A stretch of 63,359 bases of DNA, the filler included, from Folioceros fuciformis (taxonomy: Eukaryota), in the NCBI GenBank assembly GCA_049999805.1. It is 10 parts of 10 records of this genome, joined end to end, with 100 filler letters (N's around TTAATTAATTAA, not from the genome) between each part and the next. Parts side by side here need not be neighbours in the genome. Positions count along the whole stretch, not along the records: positions 33,326 to 41,082 come from JBNGIO010000794.1; positions 41,183 to 45,873 come from JBNGIO010000795.1; positions 45,974 to 54,465 come from JBNGIO010000796.1; 7 more parts are not named here. One strand, 5' to 3'. This document shows, piece by piece, positions 37,670 to 49,555 of this stretch (position 1 is its first letter; each line of letters starts with the position of its first letter). The translations under genes and the position numbers were made by a program. Below the pieces are notes generated by a model. It was not told where the DNA came from. It saw only the letters and a list, made by a program, of their open reading frames with translations, and ran no database searches.

Positions 37670-39052
37670 CGATGAGGTCTTCCGGGTTGGGGAATGCTGC
37701 AGGGAGTCTGCTGGATGATGTAGTATTGGGGCTGTTCAGCCTAGTGGACATGTATGTCAAATGTATGTGGTGAATTGGAAGAGGCACGCTGAGTCTTTGA
37801 GAGCTTAGCAACAAAGAACGTGGTGATATGGAATGCCCTGATATGTGGGTGTGTAAGATGTGGTGAACTGGGAAATGCACGCCAGGCTTTTCCATGCCCT
37901 GATAGCTGGGTACGCTGAGCAAGGGTTGGGACGCGAGACACTCTTTCTATATGGACGAATGGAGGAGGACGGTGTGATTGTGGTCAACCATGTTATCTTA
38001 GCTTGCCTGTTGAAGGCCTGTGCAAGCACTGGTGATCTACGGAATGGCATGCAGCTGCACTGGCAGATTGGTGAAAGAGGACTGCTGGATAACCTTGTGC
38101 CGGGCAACTGCCTGGTGTACATGTATTCAACATTGGGTGAACAAGAAGATGCACGCCAGGTCTTTCACAGCATGGCTGCCAAGGATGTGGTGACATGGAC
38201 TGCCCTGATATCTGGCTACGGTGCTTGTGATGAAGGTCACAAGGCACTGCCTTGTATTGACGATATGCTGGCTGCAGGCATTCAGGCTGATGGTGCTACA
38301 TTCACTTGCGTTTTAGTAGCATGCAGTCATTGCGTTTCACTAGCTAGCAGTCACGAGGGACTGGTCCACGAGGGTCGCAAGCATTTTTTATTGTGCTGGC
38401 CATGTAGATGAGGTAGAGAAGATGTTGTTATGTTGTGAGGCCCGACGTAATGTTGTGGCCTTGACGTCTTTGTTGAATGGCCTGCAAAAATCACGGGGAT
38501 ATGGAGAGGGCGATGTGGTGTTTGGAAAGCATCGTCAGGCTGGACCCCCAGGAGGCGCCTGCCCATGTTCTCATGGCCTGATGCGGGTAGGTGGTGCGAT
38601 GAAGACAGGATCGAAACACAGAGGAGGGGAGCAGGGGCTAACGAGAAACCGGCGGTGGCAACCATTGAGGTGAAGAGGGAGGTGCACCAATTTCTGGTGG
38701 GAGGCAGGAGAGGATATATTGCGCTTGAGGTGGAGAGCATGAATGATCGTTTGAAACGGGATGGGGATGGGGAACACGTGCATCACACAAAGTTGGTGTT
38801 CAAGCCACTGTGCGACAAGGAAGAGGAAAATGCGCTTTGTGGGCTTGCCCAGAAGCTAGCTTTGGCGATTGGTCTGTTGAATACTTCCAGTGGGACACCT
38901 CTGGGGTAACCAAGAATCTTCGAATGTGCAGCGATTGCCACAGATCCACGGAGATCATGTCAAGGATTGAACAGAGAGGCATGGTTGTCAGGGATGGGTA
39001 CCGTGTGCATCGATTCACAGCTGGAGCTTGCAGTTGTAAGAGTCGAGCGTGA
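37670..39052 (+). pseudogene. PLS-class PPR gene with E and DYW:KP (GRP-like) domains, degenerate
   Basis: PPR motifs (ALIAGYAEQGLG, LLKAC, DVVTWTALISGY, LVACSH); KPAVATIEV...LCGLAQKLALAIG...[frameshift]...KNLRMCSDCH...RDGYRVHRF..G.CSCKSRA*. Confidence 0.9.
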
Positions 39053-39379
39053 GGAGAGAGGAAGAAGGAAAAAGAAGAGGTGGTTCAAAGTGTAGCCCGT
39101 GTTAGGTGACACACCTGGTGTGCCGGTGGTTGCGACCTGGAACTTCGTATGCAACTTGAAGAGCCGAAAGGGCAAGAAAGATCGCTTGAAAGCCTGTTGC
39201 TGATAGAGACACGGTTGGAAGCAGCAGTGGAATTGCGAGAGAGCTTTTGCGAGTTTCTCGTCGCAAGCCTCACACCGCCGGATGCGCAAGCCTCACACCG
39301 CCGGAAGTCAGCCGAACGTTAGCTCCTCTTATGTTGTCTCTTGTCCCACAAGATGGTAGCCCCGCCCCGCTCCGTGTCC

Positions 39380-40305
39380 TTGTGGTGACATGGACGGTGC
39401 TGATTGCTGGGTATGCCAAATCTGGTGAACTAAAAGATGCACGCCAGGTCTTTGACAGCATGACGACAAAGAATGTGGTGACATGGAATGCCCTGCTAGC
39501 TGGGTATGTCCATCAAGGGCTCGGTCATGAAGCGCTTGTTTTGTATGGACAAATGGAGCGGGAGGGCCTCATTTCGGCTGACCACGTTACTTTCGGTTGT
39601 CTGTTGACGTTATGGTGAGCAACTGCCTGGTGGACATGTCTGCCAAATGTGGCGAATTGGCGGATGCACGCCAGGTTTTCGGCTGCATGGCCGCCAAGCA
39701 TGCTGTGACGTGGAATGGGATTGCTAGATATGGTGCATACGATGAAGGTTACAAGACACTAGCTTGTTTTGAGGAGATGTTAGTTTCCGGAGTTCAGGCT
39801 GATGATGCTACTTTTGCTGGCCTTTTAGTAGCATGCAGTCACGGGGGGCTGGTCCGCGAGGGTCGCAAACACCTTCTTGCCATAGCAGAACAGCATGGCA
39901 TCAATCCTTCTGTTGAGCATTACACGTGCATGATTGATCTTCTTGGGCGTGCTGGTCATTTGAGATGAATCAAATAAGACGTTGTTATCATGCGAGGGCC
40001 AGACTGATGTCGTGGGATTGACGACTTTGTTGAATGCCTGCAAGTGCCAAGGGGACACAGAGGGTAAAGCAATGTCAAACTGGACTCTCAGCAGGCATCT
40101 GCATATGTGCTCATGGCCAAGGCGTACGCGGATACAGGTAGGTGGGCTCATGTAGACAGGATTGAAACACTGCGGATGGTAGCAGGAATTATCAAGAAAC
40201 CTGCAGTGGTGACTATTGAGGTGAATGAAGAGATACATAGATTTGTGGTGGAGCGTCAATATTCCCAAATCCAGGAAATAGTATGTCACCTTGTTGGTGG
40301 AATGT
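39380..40305 (+). pseudogene. Second PLS-PPR gene of KP type, truncated early in the DYW domain
   Basis: VVTWNALLAGYVHQGLG, KCGELADARQVF, ACSHGGLV.EG, HYTCMIDLLGRAGHL, GRW, KKPAVVTIEV.EEIHRFVV; frameshifts and stops. Confidence 0.88.
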
Positions 40306-41082
40306 TGTAGTGACACCCTAACAAATACATGTAGGGCAAGACAGTGATGGCCGAGGCGAAGCGCCTCAAATCGCTGCGACATTGCGAGTGAGCTGCGGAC
40401 TCTCTGGCTCTCTCGTCTCTGTGGAGTCCGGTGTTCGCTGCACTGTCGTGGACCTGTCTGTCAGGTGTAAGGAAGGGGCTGTCGGTAGTGTGCCTTTTGT
40501 GGTCTGGGGAAAGCACAGGGTTCTTGGTCCTGGATTGTTCTGTCTCTGAGGGACCTGTGGATCAGGTTTGAGGAATCAGTGGTTTTGAAGCCCTTTCCGT
40601 GGTGGTTCTCTTGAGGTTGACCACTGGGTTTGTCCCTTGGCAGATAGTGCCTGATGATGCTCCCTGGGTGATCTATCAGGAGTTCCTGGTTAAACGTCGA
40701 ATCGATAAAGTTGCACAGAACGCTCTTCCGTATGTCTCGCAAGCCTCCGTTGTTTGATGCACCGGGAGTCTTGTTGACTGAGTGACTGTATTTGGTGGTA
40801 TTGCAGGTATGTCGGGGCTTCAGTGTTTTGGACCTCTCTTTCAGCATGTTCTCGGTGCTTTCTGTAGTTAACAGGAGTTAGCTCTTCTTGCAGATGAAAG
40901 CTGTAGAAGACGGAGCGTTGGGTGGTAGATGGATAATAGAAGTCGGAGCGTTGGGTGATAGATGGATAATAGAAGTCGGAGCGTTGGGTGATAAATGGAT
41001 AATAGAAGTCGGAGCGTTGGGTGGTAGACGGATAGTAGAAGACCTAGAAGACTGGAGCGTTGGGTGGGAGGTGGAGTTGGGT
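40306..41082. mobile_element. Probable LTR of a retrotransposon, running into the gap
   Basis: Begins TGTAGTGACACCC, an LTR-terminus-like sequence, where PPR homology ends; no second LTR or internal domain is visible. Confidence 0.4.
40905..41045. repeat. 33-bp minisatellite, 4 copies
   Basis: AGAAGTCGGAGCGTTGGGTGATAGATGGATAAT in tandem, without spacers. Confidence 0.9.
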
Positions 41083-41329
41083 NNNNNNNNNNNNNNNNNN
41101 NNNNNNNNNNNNNNNNNNNNNNNNNNTTAATTAATTAANNNNNNNNNNNNNNNNNNNNNNNNNNNNNNNNNNNNNNNNNNNNTTTACGTTCTTATATTTC
41201 CGCCTAAGATGATATTCTAAACTCAAACACGTGAGGTGCTTGCTACATGAGGGGATAGAGCTACAACATCATCATGCAGTGCTTAATGTTTTTGTAATGT
41301 GGCATAGTGTGAATACTATTAACTCATGA

Positions 41330-42045
41330 GCCATGCATGAATGTGATGTTTAGCACACAACATAACAAACTTGATAAGAAAGCTGGAGAACATGCAATAG
41401 TTTTAGTGAGGTAACCTAGTCACTGCACTAAGCAAGAAGAAAAAAAAATACCAAATGCAATATGAGGGTCATCAATATGTGAGAGGTCGTTGATAAGAGC
41501 CAAATCTTGATCCAAAGCCGCATCTATAAATCTATAAACAAAATCAAGACACCCAAGACTCGAAGTTCTTCCAAGAGGGCAATACTCTGTGGCCCCCCAC
41601 CACCTCCCTCCTTGAATATTGAAGGGGGGGAGTGATGTCTGAAGGGGACCAAACCTTGCATTGAGATAAATTAACCCTCAACCCACCTTAGAGAGCTCCA
41701 AGGAGAAGAGATCAAAGGCTGCTTTGACTATGACTCTTAGTTCGAGGATATGAGTGTCATCAGTCACAAATGGGATTCCCAAAATGCGAAGGCAGTACAA
41801 GACAACACTAGAAAATGCAACATGGCAACAAAAGCATCCTCTAGCGGATCCCCTTGTCTTGTGTCCATCCCTAAATCAAAAGTTGAAACTCTCTTAATGC
41901 TTGAACTTGGATGGCAATCCATAGAAATTAGGAACAAAAGGGATGAGACGTGCACTCTTAAATTCCGAGAAAATAGTGACTTTGAAAACCGTATTGAAAG
42001 CATTCTCGATATCACGCTATAAAATCACCCAATCACAAGGTGACT
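41330..42045 (-). mobile_element. Decayed reverse transcriptase of a CRE-like non-LTR retrotransposon
   Basis: Manual translation across frameshifts: DWVIL*RDIENAFNTV, LIPFV.NFYGLPS, TRQGDPL, TDDTHI, GLRVNLSQCKVWSP, LRVLG, DPHIAFG...LGYLTKT. Confidence 0.75.
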
Positions 42046-42194
42046 TGATTAGGTAAAAAAGACGAGACTCAACTTAATTGAGGTAGCCACTCCAAAGTGG
42101 TGGGATGTAAAATCCGTTCGCAGTGCTCCCACAGCTTAGGGTTTAGGGTTGGAATACCACCAATGTTGTGAATATGTGCACGAAAGACTTGCAA

Positions 42195-42316
42195 GACGAT
42201 CCAGATGGGCAAGGCAGAGCCCAAGCTGAACGGAGACGATCCAGATGGGCAAGGCGGAGCCAAAGCCGAACGGAGACGATCCAGATGGGCAAGGCGGAGC
42301 CAAAGCCGAACGGAGA
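42195..42316. repeat. 40-bp minisatellite, 3 copies
   Basis: GACGATCCAGATGGGCAAGGCGGAGCCAAAGCCGAACGGA in tandem. Confidence 0.9.
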
Positions 42317-42522
42317 TGCAACGACCGTGTTCACAATACAGTGCCGTATGACGTGAATTGTTGTGGAATTATGCCTATCATGCTGTAAATATCTATCTTG
42401 TGGCGTGAGATCGGCATTCGTAATGCAAACCAATTTGTGCGTTGGATGTCTTGAGTGCATGCAGGCGGTGTATGCGGTTAGGGAACACTTTCCGGCAGTC
42501 CGGATGGCCACGACGCTGCATA

Positions 42523-42785
42523 GCAGTGCAGTGTCGTTGTGTGTCCTTCTACGCTGTACAATCTGTCCCACGAGTCCATTCGTTGTTGTCGTCGAGCAAG
42601 CTTTGCTTCTGAGCACGATCAAGGTTGTTCCCCAGCAACGATCACTCCTGAATCGTTGCAGTGCAGTGTCATCATGTGTCCTTTTTCCCTCTTCAATCTG
42701 TCCCACGACAGTCCATTCGTTGTTGTCGTCGAGCAAGCTTTCTTCTGAACACGCTCAAGGTTGTTCCTCAGCAACGATCACTCCT
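42523..42785. repeat. ~135-bp tandem duplication
   Basis: GCAGTGCAGTGTC...GTCCATTCGTTGTTGTCGTCGAGCAAGCTT...CAGCAACGATCACTCCT occurs twice. Confidence 0.85.
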
Positions 42786-43893
42786 TAACAAGTGGAACTC
42801 TGGAAAATATAGTTTGTTTTGTTTTGATTCAAAGTTTGAAACAATCTCAGAGCAGGTCCACATGGTTCAGGCTAAACGCAAAAGAGTGTCCAGATACCAC
42901 TCTTGACAGGCCACATGCACGCACAACTGTAGACGAGGACTGTAAAGCATCTTGATGGAATGGTTAAAGGAGTGGATGCCCTTGATGCGAGTACAAAAGA
43001 AGAGTTTTACGGAGGGCAGGCAAGGACGGATTTCTGCCATTGGTCCACGGGAGTAGGTAGGGCACGTTGTGCCATGGACTCAAAGAGATTAAATCTCTTA
43101 GTCACTGCAGCAGTCTTGTGTCGTCCCAGGGGTATCCGGCCTAGCATACTGTCCACAGAAGTCTCCAGGTTACGTCTGCTCGTGAGGCTCATGAATCAAT
43201 TGAGGAACTGAGAGCATGACGTGATCAGCAATGCCAGTTGCCCCGGAAAGTGGAAGGGAGGGAGAACATGGTTGGCATGCGGGGGAAAGGACTGGTGAGG
43301 GGCATTTTGTTGTAGAGGATTGGAAAGGAGAGTCATTGCAGAGGAGAGGCCGCCTGGCTTACGCGTCATGGAAGGAAGCTTCTGGCTGCAACTGATGCAC
43401 TTGTCGTTCAAACCAAACATTCAAACAGTCACGTTCTGCTCATTTTCTCGACCATTTACCATGCAGCTCGGTGATTGTCAGATGTTTTCTGGATGATACT
43501 GTACCATCGTTTCAAGGATTTTGGGATTATTTGTCTGATATACTTGTGGAAAAACCCATCTCCATCAATCTGAGTGGTCGTGGGGAAGACAGATCAGCTA
43601 GCGTGGCAGAGATTGTAGAAATGTCATAGGTGTCAGAAGTTGTTCTGGATGTCATCTACCATTTACCTAGTAGACACTCTGTGGACAGAATTCACTACGA
43701 AGTCCCGAACTTGGTGTTGGCATTTAGAAGTTGAAGAGACCAGACTTCAGGTTATTGCATTGTCTGCAGAGAGGTAGTAGTTACTAGGTATGTATATACT
43801 GTTTCAGAATCTCCTGCCCTGTAGGTACGTGGCTGCGGTCGTCATTCCTTTAATAGCAAGCAACGTTCTCAAGTGACAGCCTCACAAAACTTA

Positions 43894-45873
43894 TCAGAGC
43901 GTCCAGGAGGATCTTAGCATGACAGCAGGTGTTCGAGACTGCTTGTTCGCCGTGTACAACAAGCCAGGTTGTAGGACGAACCCTGCTGCACACTTCAATC
44001 TCAGGAACGCCTCCACCTGCATCTGAGTATTATCTGCATGGTTTGAAAAACTACCCTCGTCACTTTTACTTGAGCTCCAGAGATGAGACTTCGACCGGCC
44101 AATGGTTAGGCCCCCCACAACGCTATCTCCAGCAGACTTGGCCATTGTCAAAGCCCATTGCACCTGCTTCTTGTCTGAATCCAAAAGCCAGTCACTACGG
44201 TCCACCTGGGCCCAACCACCCACATTTACAGGACCCAGATCTGCTTCTGCAGCCAGGGCAAACGACTGCATCGCGGCGCCCTTGCTGTCCAGAGCCCCGG
44301 TATCCAGGTCGGAGGTGCTCCAGTTAACCAGCTGTCCATTGGTACCGGAACCGTTTGAAGTTCGGAGAGAAGGCGATGAGGCTGAGGACTGAGTTTTACT
44401 CAGCACGAGAGGTCCCATCTCGCTCCAGTGTAGACTGTGATCAGAGGGAAGGGGCGGGCTCGGCCAGTATCTGTTCAATGCCGTTAATGAGACAGCCATA
44501 CAGTCAGCAGGGACAGCGGTGAGCTGGGCCACCGAGCTCAGGCAAAGAGGAGCTCCAGAATCAGCAGCCGCAAAACCGGAAACACAGTTCTCCCAACCCC
44601 CCACATATTGCGAAAAGGAGCACGCAGATCTTGTGCCCTTGACTGTTGCTCCGACACCAGATCCCTTGCAGTGGTTGTAGAGAATAGGCCCTTTGCTACT
44701 GAACGAGGTCAAGCCTACATCCTGGATGGCAAGAACAGTGTTTCAAAAGAGAATTAGACACCCAAACAGCAACGTGTACACGCACGAACCGGCAAATCAG
44801 CGACTAATGGTATACCTGCAAGGGATTCACTGCTTGCAGCATGTCGCTGCTATCCCCTCCAAGAGGAGCAACGGCGACACTGACTCTGTCAGAGATCTCA
44901 GCAGTGTACGCCACTTTCCTGATGGAAATGGGCCCCCCGAGAGTGGCATCAGAGCCAGCCTCGCTTCCTTGACCCGCAACACATTCTGTCACCAGCTTGT
45001 CGTTATCTCTGAAGCTGGTCTCAAACCTGAACGTCACTTCAAGCCCCGTCAGCATACCTGCATTCTCAAGCGCATTTCGTGATTGCCTACTGCTCTTGTC
45101 CTTCATCAAAACAAGGGCACCTCCCGCGTTCACATTTCCTCTCAATTGCGTCTTGGACAATCCAGATGAATTGCCAAAGTTCTTCAATTGCCGCACTCCA
45201 GTGTGCAACTCAAGTTTGTCCAGGCGCTCCCGCATCTTCAGCAGGTCCGAGAACGATTCTCGCTGCAGACGTCGCAATGCCCCAGTCTGCAAACAAGGCG
45301 TTCACTCCACCAATGAAGAGCCATGAGCAGCCAGCAACACCCTCTGGCTTCATCCAGAGCAGCCCATCCACAGAATACCTGAACACGTGAAGCGCACATG
45401 CATACAAAACCTCACCTCCTTTCTCTTGACTAGGCCTTCGTCCCCAGTTCCCTCAAAGATGAGCTGCATCACCTGCGCTGCCGTCTCCTCGACTACCTGC
45501 CTCCTCTCAACCTCACTATCGTCAGTCCTTCCCTTCCCACCTGGGACGAAGCCGTGCACAAATCCAAGAACCCACTCCATAAAGTCTCCACTCTTCCCAC
45601 TTCCTTGGTCCTCGGAAAAGCTACCATCAGACTCTCCGGGGTGCGCTTCAAGCTCGGCCCCAGGAAGCTCCTCCGCGTGGCTCAATTCAGCCACTCCGAG
45701 TTCCAGGTTCTGAGAAACCTCCGACCCCGCAGGAACGAAACCGTCGGCACTCCCCCCCGGATGCGTCTCCAGCTCCGAAGGCGGCGGCACCGTCGGCACC
45801 TTCACCTCCGAACTCGGAGGCCCTAACGAAACAACCGGAGGTGCCTGAAGCCTGGGCGAAATCTGCTGCACTG
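43894..45873 (-). CDS. Putative beta-barrel protein resembling cyanobacterial SomA/OprB-type porins; exons (gap)45873-45416, 45286-44816, 44721-43894; 5' partial
   Basis: Phase-0 GT-AG introns join KRKE|TGALRRLQRESFSDLLKMRERLDKLE...KTQLRGNV...FRFETSFRDNDKL...NPLQ|DVGLTSF...QVEAFLRL...LQPGL...AVMLRSSWTL*. Confidence 0.7.
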
Positions 45874-45986
45874 NNNNNNNNNNNNNNNNNNNNNNNNNNN
45901 NNNNNNNNNNNNNNNNNTTAATTAATTAANNNNNNNNNNNNNNNNNNNNNNNNNNNNNNNNNNNNNNNNNNNNCTCTGTTTATCAG

Positions 45987-47702
45987 GCCGCTGCCTTTGG
46001 TTTACCAATCGTTGCAACACAAAATGGAGGACCTGTGGACATCGTACGGGTGAGACAAGGCTAAGTGGTGAATAGCAAAATGAGTCGGACTGTAACAAGT
46101 AAAACCATCTTAATTGTGCGGATTTTGTATTGTGCAGACTTTGAATAACGGCATACTGGTGGATCCTCACGATGAAAAACAAATTGCAGAAGCGCTGCGG
46201 AGGCTTGTGGCTGATAGGGGACTTTGGTCTGAATGTCGTCGTAACGGATTGAAGAACATCCATCTTTATTCGTGGCCCGAGCATTGCCGGATGTACCTTT
46301 CAAGGATCGCTCTGTGCAGGATGAGGCATCCAGAATGGCAAAATGATGGTAATATCGACGGTGATCCGGATGCTGAGTCTCAAGGCGACTCTTTGAGAGA
46401 TGTCCGTGATCTGCGGCTGTCCGTTGATGGGGACAAACTTCCACCGGGTTCTCTTAGCAATCCTGCTGACCTGGAGAAAGCTCTGAGGATCAGTGCCTCT
46501 GATCAGCTACAAAGATCACCCAGTAAGCGCCTTGCCCGGCTGGAATCCATGCAGGAGGACACTCAATTTGGCAGTAGGGGCTCGAACTCAAGTGACAAGA
46601 CGACGCAAAGCGGCTCTACCATGCCAGCTCGGATTCCCATAAGGAGGAGGAAGACGCTAATCATTATAGCGGTGGATAGCTATGATGCCTCCACTGGCGA
46701 GCCAGATGAAGGAATGGTGAAAACATTGCAAGGAATCCTGAGAGACTTTAAGTCGGAAGGAAGTGGACGTGCCACTGGATACATGTTGTCAACCGCTTTG
46801 TCGCTCGCAGGGACTCAGGCTCTGTTGAAGAGGGCTGGGCTTTCTGTGTTGGAGTTCGATGCTATAGTTTGCAGCAGCGGAAGCAAACTTTATTATCCTT
46901 CTGATGGAGGGGATGTGCTTCTGGAACCAGATGCTGATTATGATGCCCACATAGATTATAGATGGGGTGGAGAAGGCTTGAAAAAAACAATGGCACGTTA
47001 CATTGCTGGCTCAGACGAGGAGAACGTGGAGAGGAAGAGGATACCAGCCCTTGCAGAAGACGCGCAAGGGTGCAATGCTCATTGCCACGCTTATCGAGTT
47101 GTCAACGCATCCGTTGTAAGGGCCTGAATCAGGCGTGTCCCAGCTGTATTGTTGCTTGCTGGCATCCGTCACGGTCGGGATAACTGTTATCCCGCTTCTG
47201 ATGTATGTCAGCATTGCCTCAACTGCAGGTTCCGGCTGTGGATGCTCTTCGACAGGTGCTTCGGAAACGGGGTTTGAGGTGTCACGTTATTTACACAGAG
47301 GCAGCTACCAAGCTACACCTGCTTCCACTATTAGCCTCCCGGTCACAAGCTATGAGGTACTCTGCACTTTCACGATTTTGAGTACTGCCTCGCAGTGACC
47401 ATTCGTGACATTGGGATGGTTGATGCAGGTATTTGTTTGTCCGCTGGGGCCTTGACGTTGCAAGAATGGTCTTGTTTGTGGGAGAAACTGGAGACACGGA
47501 CTACGAAGAAATGCTTTCTGGCACTCACAAGACAGTGGTATTGAAGGGTGCTGTACGGACGGGTTCTGATTCGCTTCTGCGAGCACCTACCAGTTATCAC
47601 AAGGATGATGTGGTCCCGGCTGAAAGCCCCAACATTGTCCTAGTTGACAACAACTCAGGCGCAATATTGGATGCTGTGAGGAAATTTGGGTTACAATTTT
47701 GA
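45987..47702 (+). CDS. SPS: Sucrose-phosphate synthase, 3' portion (end of glycosyltransferase domain plus SPP-like domain), 4 visible exons
   Basis: GLPIVATQNGGPVDI, NNGILVDPHD, NGLKNIHLYSWPEHC, FDAIVCSSGS, HIDYRWGGEGL, LFVRWGLD, GETGDTDYEEM; GT-AG introns. Confidence 0.96.
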
Positions 47703-48586
47703 TTCCGTTAGCTTTTACAGTGATAGCAAGGCACAATTTAGAGCTACCCGGGTGGAACTGACAAATTCCGGGGGTGTACTGCCCACTAACCGGGGCAGCA
47801 CCGACAACCTGGAGTAGTGACAAAAACGTTGAATAAGCCTGCTGAAAGCTGAATGCTTGCGTGGATAAGACTCTGGCGGAGGATAGATAACGCTAGGATC
47901 TACATCCCACTCCGTACTGTATGCTGGCTGCCGGGCATGGATGCCTGTTGCAATGTTGAGAAATAATGGGCAACCAGCTCCTGGCAAGGCTAGGGCGTAG
48001 CAGAGTATTATCTTCATTCACTCAACCCGTTGCAATTTGAAACCGGCTCTGGCTTCAATCGAAGGATCAGAAGGGAGAAATGGACACCTAACTCCCCCAT
48101 CCCCCCCCTCACAATCGGGCAAAATGGCATTAGGCTTGATCTACATGCAAGAAGTTAAAAAACTGGAATGAAGGTGAGGTTATCATGTGCGTACACTGTA
48201 TCTTATTATCAACGAAAACAGGACTCAGTCTTCTGTAATGGGTACGAAGTCATTAGCATTGGTTGAGGTGGTCACTCGATCAAGGTCCCATCTGAAAATG
48301 ACTTCCAGGCTGTGGATGATAACAACTTCCAATGTGATAACTTGTTTAGCCTCACCATCTCAGCCTTTGGTGGTCACTGTCAAGGAAACTCCGGTAAGTA
48401 CATAGTTAAGTATGTACGCAGCATCTCAATTGTTGCGGAATTCAATCTTCCAATCTGAAAACTTGCTTCGTTCCAAAAGTTGCACAAGCCTCCTAAACTG
48501 CTGGGGTGAAGGGTGTGAACTCCAGAGGGGCCGCATTCCACGACAAATTCCTGTCTTCGGCGGTTGCATGGTACTAAGGCCGGGAC

Positions 48587-49555
48587 TTAATAACGGGTTT
48601 GAATCACCGGAGGAATCAGCTCATCATCCACCTGAGGAGCAAAGTAAAAAGGAAACATGATCCATTGCCTCAAGCACATGCTTCTGACGTTTTACTCAAA
48701 GAAGAAAGCTCTGCGGCCAAGGGAACCTACCATTTGAACCTCGCCTCCTTCAGCCCCTGGTTGCGTCAGTAGCCAACCCGAGTCTTCAACCACGCCCCAT
48801 ATCTTATCAAATGCCTTCTTATAGGGCCCTTGTAGGTCGTGTGTTTCTGGCAGTATCTGGCCACACAACACACTGCCTCTGAGATGGTTCTGGCCAAGAT
48901 GATAGACCCTGGACGAATGACACGGTTATCCTTTCCTGGAAACTATGCAGGCGGCAAGCAAACAATCTCCACTGCACAAAATGCTGTGCAGACCTGATGG
49001 TCCAGCATACCCCTGATGACGAGCATGAATCTCGCAGCTTCCAACTGGTTTTCTCCCACAAGGTACTCTCCTAAAAAGTCTACTTTATCCTTGAATTGCT
49101 TCAGCTGCTGGATATCTTCTCCCAGCATGACCTTCAATGCCTCAGTCGATACCTGTTCCACAGCCACACGTCAGCGGCTGCGTCCTGAGAGACACCGTGC
49201 TTCCGGCTACCTTCAACCCCTAAGCAGGACACCACTCGGAATCGCAGCCAACCTCATTCAGTCCTGCGGCCACATCCGGATCAACATCCTCCGCCGCTTC
49301 TGCCGCCGCTGTGCTGGTCTTCCTTCGGGCATGGAGGGCAAGGTTACGCCGTCCTTGAGTCCCGCACAGGGAGGCAGATTGCCACACTTGCAACGGGGAT
49401 CCTCTTTCACAGTTTTGAGTAGGCCTGCAGGAGATAACTGCGGACATGGATGTGCACGATACACCCTTGCATTCTGCCCTGGTGAAGGATACAAAATCCA
49501 CAGCAGCAAGAGATCGACCAAGAGGGCACAGCGGCATCGAACATAGGACTTCCAT
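48587..49555 (-). CDS. Small 4-exon protein of unknown function with a transit-peptide-like N-terminus
   Basis: Exon 1 is S/C/R-rich (MEVLC...ARRK...); later exons VSTEALKVMLGED...AARFMLVIRGMLDHQ | ILPETHDLQGPYKKAFDKIWGVVEDSGW...QM | VDDELIPPVIQTRY*, joined by GT-AG introns. Exon 1 donor is uncertain. Confidence 0.65.

Noticed and set aside
40905-41045. CRISPR-like short repeats (also 5609-5815 and 42195-42316)
   Set aside because: Head-to-tail units with no unique spacers, no cas genes, and a eukaryotic context.
42900-43430. Coding-like stretch downstream of the porin-like gene
   Set aside because: No recognisable motif in the frames translated by hand.
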